The translations under genes were made by a program, and so were the position numbers. Of a DNA stretch of 64,000 bases, positions 48,497 through 57,727 are shown one piece after another; the stretch's first letter is position 1, and each line of letters begins with the position of its first letter. This DNA is from an uncultured delta proteobacterium. Lineage in GTDB: Bacteria > Desulfobacterota > Syntrophobacteria > BM002. The notes beneath the pieces are model-generated. The model made no database searches and was not told where the DNA came from. It saw only the letters and a list, made by a program, of their open reading frames with translations. Location of the stretch: the NCBI GenBank assembly GCA_963712115.1, contig CAVQGX010000003.1, positions 32,001 through 96,000 of the forward strand, read 5' to 3'.

Positions 48497-48512
48497 AGCA
48501 AAAAGAGTGCCA
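48497..48512 (-). promoter_or_regulatory. sigma54 promoter
   Basis: Minus strand TGGCAC-TCTTT-TTGCT about 40 bp upstream of the ATG at 48456. Confidence 0.7.
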
Positions 48513-48815
48513 ATGCACGGGTTTTTGGTGCAGAGCGATAGGTATCTATGATTATTGAGTGAATATTAAGATTAGGGTTGAAATGCGCTGTCGCACAACA
48601 GTTTTAAATTAGGGGAGGGGCCTCATTAAAAGCAGATTTTCTTACTACCACAATCGAATCTCGTATTATCAATAACACCCAATAGGTATACAAAGAAACA
48701 CGTTGAAATTAATTGACCGGAACTATGTGCACTAAAGCTGACAGCAATCAGAGTTTAACAGTTCCTCACCAAAGAGAGCAAAGTGGGAATGGAGTATTGG
48801 AGTGATGGTGCCACC

Positions 48816-49253
48816 TTAATCGGAAAATAAAGTCTTAAAGTATGGTTGGTTAGAGCCTTGTTGAAATGTTTTGTGGCTGAGGATTCCCTCAGAGTTAAAA
48901 AAAAGTGCGAGAGAGTCATAGCGCACCAGGGTACCGTAGGCAGAAGCGTCGAAACTTGTTCTAAGCAAACTACTCAAAGGAATAGGAAATCCCACCTTTA
49001 TCCGGTTTCTGTAAAGCAAGGCCCTTTCATAAATGAGCAGGTTCTCCATCCCTACTTTGTCCACATTGTCCGGAGCACCAATTAAAGATAGCACTTCACC
49101 CAAGGTCGTTTTGCCGACCTCTAACCGATCATTGGGAAGGACAACTTCATCTCCCTCCACGTACCGAGAAATCTGATAGGTTATGCAACCGCTCAAGAAA
49201 AAGCCTGCAACAAGTAGGAAAAATGCAGTAAAAATCTTAACGCGGGAGTCCAT
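48816..49253 (-). CDS. Lipoprotein, SmpA/OmlA (BamE)-like
   Basis: Lipobox LSGC; 'L.VG.TT..EV...GAP'. Confidence 0.7.
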   Translation of the reverse strand: MDSRVKIFTAFFLLVAGFFLSGCITYQISRYVEGDEVVLPNDRLEVGKTTLGEVLSLIGAPDNVDKVGMENLLIYERALLYRNRIKVGFPIPLSSLLRTSFDASAYGTLVRYDSLALFFNSEGILSHKTFQQGSNQPYFKTLFSD

Positions 49254-49617
49254 ATTTCGCCTTGTCGGCGTCGAGGCTGAGGCCGTAGTGAGTCAGAGTG
49301 TCATTGAGATCAAAGAAAAAAACCAGTTGGTCGTGCTGCTTTTCAGCATTTCCAAGGGTGATTAGAACCAACCAGCACACCGTGCCCTTGGTGACAGTTC
49401 GTTTGTAGACATAAGCATTGCCATTAGCCAGCTCCACCACCTCGCTTGGGGCGCCAAATATCTCAGTCACTTCTGAAGCTTTTGTCTGTCCCGGGGACAG
49501 TTTGTCAAGCTCCTTGGAGTCGAAGGGCTGGAATTGCTTATTCTTTCCTATGACGATGCAGCCCGAGAGTAAGCTGGTGATTAGAAGAACAGCCAAAATC
49601 TTAACTGTTGATCTCAT
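49237..49617 (-). CDS. Lipoprotein, SmpA/OmlA (BamE)-like
   Basis: Lipobox LSGC; 'L.PG.T...EV...FGAP', 'L.FFFD'. Confidence 0.72.
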   Translation of the reverse strand: MRSTVKILAVLLITSLLSGCIVIGKNKQFQPFDSKELDKLSPGQTKASEVTEIFGAPSEVVELANGNAYVYKRTVTKGTVCWLVLITLGNAEKQHDQLVFFFDLNDTLTHYGLSLDADKAKYGLPR

Positions 49618-49988
49618 CCGATTTTCTCCAGCATTGATTGACCGGCTTTATTTTCTTTTTTTTGCGCCGCAACAAAGCCCCGGATAAATTGGCGAACAGT
49701 ACTGGAGACCCGGGTGAAACGGATACCCATGCCACATGGAGGCAAATCTTTATCTGAGCAGACTACCTGCAGCCATGCCACTTCAGCACTGGCACTCAAA
49801 GGGCTGTGGTTGGGCGCTACAATGAGAAGCTTGAACCTTTCCTTTGGCCTAAGTGGCTTGTCGCAGCGGATGAAGGCTCCATTGGTGCCGATATTTTCCA
49901 TTTCTGCCACCATGCCCCCGTAGGTATGCTGCACTACAGCCGGCCAATCAACGTTCACTCTGGCGTGGCGCCGTCTTTCTTTTGCCAT
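49614..49988 (-). CDS. PilZ domain protein
   Basis: ERRRHAR, NIG.NGAFI, AEV.W, GMGIRF. Confidence 0.85.
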   Translation of the reverse strand: MAKERRRHARVNVDWPAVVQHTYGGMVAEMENIGTNGAFIRCDKPLRPKERFKLLIVAPNHSPLSASAEVAWLQVVCSDKDLPPCGMGIRFTRVSSTVRQFIRGFVAAQKKENKAGQSMLEKIG

Positions 49989-50296
49989 AAGCCACCTCCT
50001 TGCTTATGGAGGAGTTTTTTTGCACGACTCTTGCTCTAGGGACAATGGGATTGCCTTCTACCAGAGTGGCTGAGGCTTGTCAAGGTTGTCGAATCCATGA
50101 CTCCTCTCATCCTTTTAAACCCTAAGACCCCATTGATAACCCTTCTTATCAGATGAGATTCAATTTATCTGTTCTATTCCACCTCGGTGGTTGAGAAATG
50201 CGAGGAATTTTACTATATTCCTTTCTTTGCATGGTTTTATTTGCCAAAGCCAACCATTTTAGCTAATTCTAGACAATTGCCTTGGGGGATTAAGAA

Positions 50297-50776
50297 GTGA
50301 CGCTTACCAACTGCAATAAGTTGCTGCCACTTGCAGCAATATGGCTGGTTTTGACCTTGGGCTACGGGTGTTCTGCCTGCATTGGCTCTTCTCTGTTTGG
50401 CCCGTCAGTGACGGTTGGCTCGAGCGCGGGCCAGGCTGGAGTCTCACGTTTCGAAGGTGGCAAGCTAAAAAGCTTTGAGGTCGCCCGGTACGAGGACGTA
50501 GTTGCAGCGGCTCGCCGCGCTGGAGAGGCAATCTCACTAGAACTTCGAAGAGAAGCCACGGATGTAGATAAAACCACACTCCATTACATAGCCGGCAAGA
50601 ACGAGGAAGTGAAAGTGCTTATCGAACGCCGAACCGATACTCTCACTTACATTCAGATCGACGTAGGTTTTTTTGGCTCTAAGGGGTTGGCTATCGTCAT
50701 GATCAACCAGATCAGTCACGAGATAGCAAGTGAGGGAAAGTATTTACAGGAATGGTCGCACCAACAGGTCATCTAG
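50297..50776 (+). CDS. DUF3568-like lipoprotein
   Basis: Signal peptide with Cys; 'G.L..', 'T.I.I.VG.FG'. Confidence 0.65.
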   Translation: MTLTNCNKLLPLAAIWLVLTLGYGCSACIGSSLFGPSVTVGSSAGQAGVSRFEGGKLKSFEVARYEDVVAAARRAGEAISLELRREATDVDKTTLHYIAGKNEEVKVLIERRTDTLTYIQIDVGFFGSKGLAIVMINQISHEIASEGKYLQEWSHQQVI

Positions 50777-50790
50777 CCCTCCCATGAGGT

Positions 50791-51108
50791 TCACTGGCAC
50801 CGTGCGGGACCACTGCCGTAGTCTGCCAGTTCAATTCGGTGAACAACCCCCCCCTTTAAGGTAATAATCCGCATAAATCTCAACGAGCCGCAGTTGTAAG
50901 TCCACTTTTCTACAATCAACCCATCTGTATTCAGGACTTCTCTGAGATCCGGTTCTCCACACCTTTGGAGCAACTCTATGGTGGGATCACCAACCCGGAC
51001 TAATTGGTTGCCACACCGAATTGATCTAGCCCAGCTTGGTGCGGCCAGAAGTAAGACTATACTTGTCAGAGCCGTCAGGCTTATCAACTTTACTGTTTTT
51101 CGTTTCAT
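50791..51108 (-). CDS. DUF2845 domain protein
   Basis: 'SIRCG..LV..GD....L..CGEP', 'E.WTYN.G'. Confidence 0.8.
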   Translation of the reverse strand: MKRKTVKLISLTALTSIVLLLAAPSWARSIRCGNQLVRVGDPTIELLQRCGEPDLREVLNTDGLIVEKWTYNCGSLRFMRIITLKGGVVHRIELADYGSGPARCQ

Positions 51109-51279
51109 ACCTTTTACTTCCTTAGGGTATCGGCTTTCCACTAGGGATAAGTTCTAAGGCGCGAGATGTCAAGAATTGCCAAGATGTTGACTAACATAGT
51201 ATGGACGGTTAAGCTCAAATGCGTTTCAGCCTCTACTTTCCATCAGAGGGATAATTGGGGTCCATGAAAGGAAACATTA

Positions 51280-52515
51280 TTGATGTTTAGAAAAAAACCT
51301 ATGAGAAAAAAGCCATTTCTCTCGGCTCTGCTCTTTTTAAGTCTTCTTTTAGTCCTCGCCAGTTTTACTGCGAAAAAGGAATACCAAATCAAGAGTGGGC
51401 CCCCCTCAACAGCCAAAAACATCATCTTGATGGTTCCCGACGGCATGGGCCTTGCCAATGTCACTGCAGCTCGCATTTTTAAACACGGCTCGGAGGGAGG
51501 AAACCTCTATCTAGAGACACTGTCAACTATCGGCTACCAGAGAACCCATTCCGCCGATAGTTCGGTGACCGATTCTGCCGCTGCCGCCTCCGCCTGGGCG
51601 AGTGGCGATAAGTTCCGAAACGGAGAAATTTCCTGTCATGACGATGATCAAGACGGCAAATGCAAGCCCACACCTGGCCCTACAATCCTGGAAACTGCCA
51701 AAGATAAGGGTAAGTCAACCGGTTTAGTGGTCACCTCCACTGTTACCCATGCCACTCCCGCCGCCTTTGGCGCCCACGTTTCATCGAGGGATTGCGAGAA
51801 AGAGATCGCCCGGCAGTATGTTCAGGTCACAGGAGTGGATGTAATCCTGGGAGGTGGACTGAAGCATTTCAATTCCACTGACAACCAGGCCGACAAGTGT
51901 GGCACTTTCGGCAACTTCATTGCAGACGCTGAGAATAACGGCTATGACGTCGTTTACACTGGGAAAGAACTGGATAGTGCAGTTGCAAAGGGCTCAAAAA
52001 AGATTCTTGGGCTTTTCACCCTAAAAGGAAAAACTCCTGAACTGTTCCGGGTTAATCCGGCAGAATACTATAGGAAAGAGGAGCCAACCCTGCCACAAAT
52101 GACAGCAGCAGCGCTCAAGGTGTTAGAAAAAGATGAAGATGGTTTCTTTCTCCTGGTGGAAGGCTCTCAGATCGATTGGGCAAACCACCGGAACGATGTT
52201 GCTTATCAGGTCGGTGAAACCCTCGCCTTTGACCATGCCGTCCAGAGAGTACTTGATTGGATCAATGATGAGCCAAGTCGAAGGCAGCACACCCTCTTAA
52301 TTATCGTACCCGATCACGAAACTGGTGGCTTCGCCATCAATGATACCAGTGGGGGCAAGTACCAACCCGGCGATTTGGTGCATGGGGCCTGGGCCACAAA
52401 AGACCACACGGCTGGAGACGTATTGATCTGGAGCCAGGGTCCGGGAAGCGAATATTTAGGAAGGGCTGTGGATAACACCGATCTGTACAAAGCAATGCGG
52501 GAGGTTCTGAGATGA
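51280..52515 (+). CDS. phoA: Alkaline phosphatase
   Basis: DGMG, VTDSAA, THATPAAF, VEG.QID...H.N, DHETGG. Confidence 0.92.
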   Translation: MMFRKKPMRKKPFLSALLFLSLLLVLASFTAKKEYQIKSGPPSTAKNIILMVPDGMGLANVTAARIFKHGSEGGNLYLETLSTIGYQRTHSADSSVTDSAAAASAWASGDKFRNGEISCHDDDQDGKCKPTPGPTILETAKDKGKSTGLVVTSTVTHATPAAFGAHVSSRDCEKEIARQYVQVTGVDVILGGGLKHFNSTDNQADKCGTFGNFIADAENNGYDVVYTGKELDSAVAKGSKKILGLFTLKGKTPELFRVNPAEYYRKEEPTLPQMTAAALKVLEKDEDGFFLLVEGSQIDWANHRNDVAYQVGETLAFDHAVQRVLDWINDEPSRRQHTLLIIVPDHETGGFAINDTSGGKYQPGDLVHGAWATKDHTAGDVLIWSQGPGSEYLGRAVDNTDLYKAMREVLR

Positions 52516-52868
52516 AATCCGCAATCCCCAGTTCTAAATGCCTAAAATGTCTAAAGTGTCTAAAATGCCTAAATTAAGGTAATGGGTTTAGAAGGTGAGT
52601 GACAGCGACCCATTGCCCATTACCAATCACCTATCTATAACCTGCTTGACGCTGCGAGCTAGAAACGTCCATTGACTTCTGATCTCTGACCTCCGACCTC
52701 TGTCATCTGTCTCTGTCCTCTGACCTCTGATCTCCGACTTCTGCCATCTTTCTTCTGACTCCTGACTCCTGACTCCTTACTCTATGCCCCATGCTCCATG
52801 CCCTATGCCCTTTGCCTTGAGCCTTAAGCCCTGAGCCTTGCGCCTCTCTGCAATCTCCAATCTAAAAT
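52516..52868. repeat. Intergenic repeat mosaic between convergent genes
   Basis: AAATGCCTAAA, CTGACCT, CTGACTC, CCATGC, GAGCCTT units. Confidence 0.75.
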
Positions 52869-53531
52869 CTATAGGTGTCCGTATTTATCTAAAGCCTCGA
52901 GTAGCGGCGTACCCATGCGAATATCCTTTCTTGCTCTGGAATCTTTTTCTGCCCATTCCAAGACTTGAGCCTCTATCTTATTGACCAATTCGGCAGGAAG
53001 GATGATAACTCCGTCGTCATCGGCGACAACTATGTCACCCGGCCTTACCTCCACCCAATCTTTTAAGGCTCCACGGACACGAATCACCACCTGACTGTCT
53101 GTGACACGCCAGCGGCCGATTGCCTGGGCAGGAGTGTGGTAGCGAACCATCATAGGCAGGTCCAAGGACTTAAGGTAGGCCAGATCTCTTACCCCACCGT
53201 CTACCACCACCCCGGCACAGCCCCTTGCTCTCATAGCCTCTGAGAGCAAATCGCCAAAACAACAGACGCCCCGAATATCATTACCTGCCCATACCGGGAC
53301 AACCCCCGGAACCATTGCATCGATGGCAGCCAGCTTTGCTCTGTCACCCTTTCCCGACCACCGATGTGACTCTCCAGTGATGGTGTAGGCTGGACCAGCG
53401 AATCTTATTCCCGGACCGGGTATGGGAACAAGGGAGTTGTCCAAAACGGGCGGCAAATGCCCCAGCTTATCGAAGACATCAGAGATAACGGCTGTTCCTG
53501 CTTCCATTAGAGATTGAATCGAGCTTGCCAT
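52869..53531 (-). CDS. RraA family / HMG aldolase-like protein
   Basis: 'SD..D', GPAYT, 'GD', VVDG.VRD, PGD.VVAD.DGV. Confidence 0.88.
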   Translation of the reverse strand: MASSIQSLMEAGTAVISDVFDKLGHLPPVLDNSLVPIPGPGIRFAGPAYTITGESHRWSGKGDRAKLAAIDAMVPGVVPVWAGNDIRGVCCFGDLLSEAMRARGCAGVVVDGGVRDLAYLKSLDLPMMVRYHTPAQAIGRWRVTDSQVVIRVRGALKDWVEVRPGDIVVADDDGVIILPAELVNKIEAQVLEWAEKDSRARKDIRMGTPLLEALDKYGHL

Positions 53532-53551
53532 TTACTGACCTCCAGAGTCAT

Positions 53552-53680
53552 ATGAAATCCCAAAATCCAAACACCAAATCACAAATAAATCTCAAATTCC
53601 AATACCAAATGACCGAAACAGGTTTGGAATTTGTGATTTGTTTGGAATTTGTGATTTGTTATTTGGGATTTTCAGTCACT
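53552..53680. repeat. Dispersed ~130-bp hairpin repeat (copy 3)
   Basis: Similar to 13981-14109. Confidence 0.75.
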
Positions 53681-53750
53681 CAAATATTCCAGTACTCCAA
53701 AACAGCTCACAATCTATTGACCTGACCCAAAGAGCAAGGTTTCCGGGATC

Positions 53751-54209
53751 TTAATAAAGCACCTTAAGCTTTGCATCAATTAGTTGTTTGTGGCTGAGAC
53801 GTAACAATTTGGCTAATTTATGAACCAAATAATCTTCATGTTTATCTAATATTCCATCTGTGTATATAACCTGCCAGACTGTCTCAATAACTTCGATTTT
53901 CTCCTCAGTTGAATAGTTCTCATTTATAAGTTTTGCGAACTGCCACAAGTCTATACTTTTTTCCAGTTCATCTTCGGCCGCTTTCATGAGCGCAGCAGCA
54001 TGTTCAGCTGATAATTGATAATTATTTGTTAATACCTCAACAATTCTCTCTTTCTCTAATTCGCTGAATTCACCATCTATGTTTGCCATCTCGAGAAGTA
54101 GAGCACAAGTTGCTATTCTAACATCAGGAGAAGTTGGCACACTCTTACCAGCAGAAGCATCATTGGTGGTTTTTGTGAAAAACTTTTTCAGTAGATCTAT
54201 CATTTTCAA
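53751..54209 (-). CDS. TerB family protein
   Basis: 'AT.ALLLE.A..DG.F...E', 'DL.QF...IN', 'W.V.Y.DG.LD.HE'. Confidence 0.88.
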   Translation of the reverse strand: MKMIDLLKKFFTKTTNDASAGKSVPTSPDVRIATCALLLEMANIDGEFSELEKERIVEVLTNNYQLSAEHAAALMKAAEDELEKSIDLWQFAKLINENYSTEEKIEVIETVWQVIYTDGILDKHEDYLVHKLAKLLRLSHKQLIDAKLKVLY

Positions 54210-54481
54210 TCCTTAAATTCAGTAGTCAGTAGCCAGTAGTCATCCGCAGTCGGCAATCCGAAATCATCTACCCCTTGACCTCTTTCTTCTGACTTCTGGC
54301 TCACACACTCTGACTCTTTCTTCTGACTCCTGATCCTACTGAGTAGTCAGCGGTAAACGGTAAACAGTAAACGGTAAACAGGGAGAACGCTTTTAACGAA
54401 TTAACTAATCCACTAACCAACAAAACTCTATGCTCTATGCCTCCCTAAATCCGAAATCCGATATCCCAAATCCGAAATCCC

Positions 54482-55174
54482 TCAGTACCTTATGGCCTGC
54501 ACAACGAAATATATCCCCAAGATGACCATAAAAAACGAAGATATCTTATAAATTATATCTCTTCTCTTCAGCCAGCCTAGGTCGGCAAGTTTCGCTACGA
54601 CCAGCAGTGAAGGAATAGTCCCCAGCCCGAATGACAGCATTAGTCCTGCACCGATTAATGAGCCCTTGAATGTGCTCTGGACTTCCATTCCAGCCCGGGC
54701 TGCAGCTATAAGAGCTGTATAAACCGGCCCGCATGGGAGCAACCCCAGAAGCATTCCTAGGGGGTAGTAGGTAACCGTTGATCTTGTCTCAGAGAGTCGG
54801 CGAAAAGTTCGAGATAGTAGACCCCCGGGATTGTAATAGTCCCTGAAGATTGAACCCAAAGGTATCCATCCGGCCATAGCAAGTCCCATCACGATAATTA
54901 AAATGCCGGTGAAGATCATCACACCTTTCTGCAGGTTGGCAATACGGGCGGTAACTGAGGTAAAGGAGCCGGTCGCCCCCATGAAGCCACCGAGCAAACC
55001 GTAGGTGGTGATACGGCCAGTGTTGTATAGAAGATGAGGTATGATAACGCCCCGTCCCTTCAAGCTGAGTGAAAGAGAAGCGACAATGGGTCCACACATT
55101 CCAATACAATGACCGAAACCAACAGTGAAACCGGAGCTAAAAAGGATAAGATAGATAGTTTCAGTAGACGACAT
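54482..55174 (-). CDS. DsbD_2 / TauE-SafE-like membrane protein (Cu/cbb3 biogenesis associated)
   Basis: GHCIGMCGP, YN.GR...Y, GLLPCG.VY, FG.GT.P; the ATG at 55174 overlaps the end of the read-through upstream gene. Confidence 0.88.
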   Translation of the reverse strand: MSSTETIYLILFSSGFTVGFGHCIGMCGPIVASLSLSLKGRGVIIPHLLYNTGRITTYGLLGGFMGATGSFTSVTARIANLQKGVMIFTGILIIVMGLAMAGWIPLGSIFRDYYNPGGLLSRTFRRLSETRSTVTYYPLGMLLGLLPCGPVYTALIAAARAGMEVQSTFKGSLIGAGLMLSFGLGTIPSLLVVAKLADLGWLKRRDIIYKISSFFMVILGIYFVVQAIRY

Positions 55175-55598
55175 CGAAGACGAACTCCACAGAACCAACA
55201 TTGGGAGCAGTTACCGTAGCCTTCCAGGTACGGCGACCACTGGGTCAGCGGACAATGACTCCTCTGCCCTGGTACAGAGATTCTCCTGTTAGCTTTAGAA
55301 CAACCCGGTTTCTGCCCATGTTCATGCCGGGCATTCCTAGGTCTATGTAAGGATCGGCCACAAATTTGTCTCCAGCAAAGCGAACAGTAAAAGTGAGATC
55401 CTCCATTGCCTTGACCGGTTTGGGCTTGATGTCTAGGGTGACCTGGATGTCTTTTAGGCTGGCACTGCATGGTCCGGCGTGGACGTCGCAGTCGACCCGC
55501 TCTGGCTTTCTCTCAGCGCTGGAGGCCATAGAGCAAATGGCAAATGTCATGAGAAAAAGGATCGCCGCAAACAGCTTAGCTTTCACAACCAGTTTCAT
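55161..55598 (-). CDS. Exported YtkA/FixH-like protein, probable selenoprotein (UGA at 55245-55247 read as Sec)
   Basis: Signal peptide, CDVHAGPC, MPGMNMG; in-frame continuation VIVR-U-PSGRRTWKATVTAPNVGSVEFVFDVVY-stop; SECIS-like hairpin 11 nt after the UGA. Confidence 0.75.
55208..55244 (-). promoter_or_regulatory. Candidate bacterial SECIS element
   Basis: UGA-CCCAGUGGUCG-CCGUA-CCU-GGA-AGG-C-UACGG-UAACUG: stem-loop with a G-initiated apical loop 19 nt from the UGA. Confidence 0.65.
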
Positions 55599-55960
55599 AG
55601 GGGACTCCCAAATTCTAAATGCCTAAAGTGAACTAAAATGATCTAAAATGCCTAAAATTGAACTGACCGCACCAACTAAGTAAATGAATATAGAAAAATT
55701 ATTTCTACTTCACAATCAGAAATAATGGCTTATGTAAGTCCCCGCATTAGCCCTGTGGTCTCAGATGAAAATTCCCGCATACCATCTAACTTTAGGCACT
55801 TTAGATCATTTTAGTCACTTTAGGCATTTGTCTCACCCTAGACATTTTAGGCATTTGCGATTGCATCTACTGGATTCGTGCCTATATTTGAAGCAACGCC
55901 TTGCGGGCAAATGAAGTTTTAGTGATAACTTAATGTTTTAGACAACAAAGGAGGTCTAAG

Positions 55961-56590
55961 ATGGCTCGTCTATTATATATAGAAGCTTCCCCGCGCAAAG
56001 AAAGATCTGCTTCAATCAGAATTGCCAGAACCTTTATTGAAGAGTATGAGCGTACTCACCCGGGCGATGTGGTTGAAACCATGGATCTCTGGCATACCAG
56101 TATGCCCGAGTTTGATGGCCATGTGATCGATTCCAAGTACGTCATACTCCAAGGTCTTGAGCACACAGATGAACAGAAACGTGCCTGGCGTGCTGTGGAA
56201 GATGTCATCTCACAATTTACCGGGGCTGACAAGTATCTCCTCTCCTTGCCCATGTGGAATTTCGGTATCCCCTACAAGTTGAAGCATTACATTGATGTGA
56301 TAGTCCAACCGGGATACACCTTCAGTTTCTCTCCTGCGGAGGGTTATAAAGGTCTGGTAACTGGAAAGCCCGTCGCAGTAATCTACGCTCGGGGTGGTGC
56401 TTACGGCCCTGGTACCGGAGCTGAGAGTTACGACCTGCAAAAAGCTTATTTGGAGCACATTTTGGCTTTCATGGGCTTTAGCGACTTTCAAACCATTCTT
56501 GTAGAGCCAACTCTCGCTTCCCCTGAAGAAACAGACAAATCTGTGAAGGCAGCCACTGAGCTTGCCAAGACTATAGCGGCCAACTTCTAA
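55961..56590 (+). CDS. azoR: FMN-dependent NADH-azoreductase
   Basis: ASPR..S.S, PMWNF.IP..LK.YID, G.TF, ARGG.Y; RBS AAGGAGGT. Confidence 0.9.
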   Translation: MARLLYIEASPRKERSASIRIARTFIEEYERTHPGDVVETMDLWHTSMPEFDGHVIDSKYVILQGLEHTDEQKRAWRAVEDVISQFTGADKYLLSLPMWNFGIPYKLKHYIDVIVQPGYTFSFSPAEGYKGLVTGKPVAVIYARGGAYGPGTGAESYDLQKAYLEHILAFMGFSDFQTILVEPTLASPEETDKSVKAATELAKTIAANF

Positions 56591-56989
56591 TCGATGGCCC
56601 CCATGGCAACTAGGCACCCACAAGTCATTACACTTCGCGCTTGTGCGCTTCGTTGTCACTTGGGCTGCGCCTGTCATTAGGCCTTACGACCGTCATTAAG
56701 TTGTTTTAACACCACAATGACAGTTAACAATGAATGACAGCGAAGTGTATTGACCTAATGGCTATGAATGACGCTGAAGGCATATTGACAGCGTAGCGTA
56801 GTGACGGCCACCTTCAGTGGCCAAATGACTACAAATGACCGCGAAGCCATATGACTTAATGACAAATGAGCGAAGCTTTGTGCCATGCGCATCTAGACAA
56901 TTGCGGGGGAGTGGAGTATTATGCCGGGGTTGCAGACCTGGAACCTTTTGAAATAATCACACATGAGGATTACAAACGAGGAGGGCTTG

Positions 56990-57610
56990 ATGGCAGTTAT
57001 AACCATTAGCAGGGAATGTGGGGTGGAGAGCGAAAAGGTGGCGTCCCTCTTGGCCGAAAAACTGGGTTGGGAATATATTGGCAAGCAGCTAGTGGCTAGA
57101 ATTGCTAAAGAACTCCGCATCTCAGAAAGTGAAGTAGAGGCCTTTCGCCAGGATTCACAATCGCGCCTTCTTCGGTTCGTGGACAAATATACCTGTACGC
57201 TCGTACAAAAGGTGGTTGATCGCGAGCGCGGTTGTTTGGACGACAATGCCTATTTTGAGACCACGAAGAAGCTGGTGGAGAACATCTATGGGGAAGGCAA
57301 TGCCATTATTCTCGGTTGGGCAGCACAGTGTATCTTAGGAAGGAAGCCGGATACCCTCCACGTGAGATTGATCAGAGATGAGGAGGGGAAAATTAAAACC
57401 ATCATGAAGCGTTTCAACATAGATCGGGATGCAGCCAGAGATCACATTCGCCGGGAGGAAAAGGACTCAAAAAGTCTGATCAAGCATTACTTCAACGTGG
57501 ATTGGAACGACGCCAAACTTTACGACCTGATCATAGATATGGGTAAAACCTCTGTTGAGGAGGCTTTAAACACCATCATCGATAATCTAAAACGGAAGAC
57601 CAAGTTATAA
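56990..57610 (+). CDS. Cytidylate kinase-like (Cytidylate_kin2) protein
   Basis: ITISRE.G, 'LA..LG', 'YDL.ID'; directly upstream of nhaA. Confidence 0.85.
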   Translation: MAVITISRECGVESEKVASLLAEKLGWEYIGKQLVARIAKELRISESEVEAFRQDSQSRLLRFVDKYTCTLVQKVVDRERGCLDDNAYFETTKKLVENIYGEGNAIILGWAAQCILGRKPDTLHVRLIRDEEGKIKTIMKRFNIDRDAARDHIRREEKDSKSLIKHYFNVDWNDAKLYDLIIDMGKTSVEEALNTIIDNLKRKTKL

Positions 57611-57727
57611 ATAGACCAAGCTGAACCATTTAGCAGGTGGAGAAGTTTGGATCCAAACTTTCCGCTCTCCTAATACTACCAGAAAGTCTTCCAAAGACTC
57701 TGGGAATCATCGTCTCATTAAATTGAA

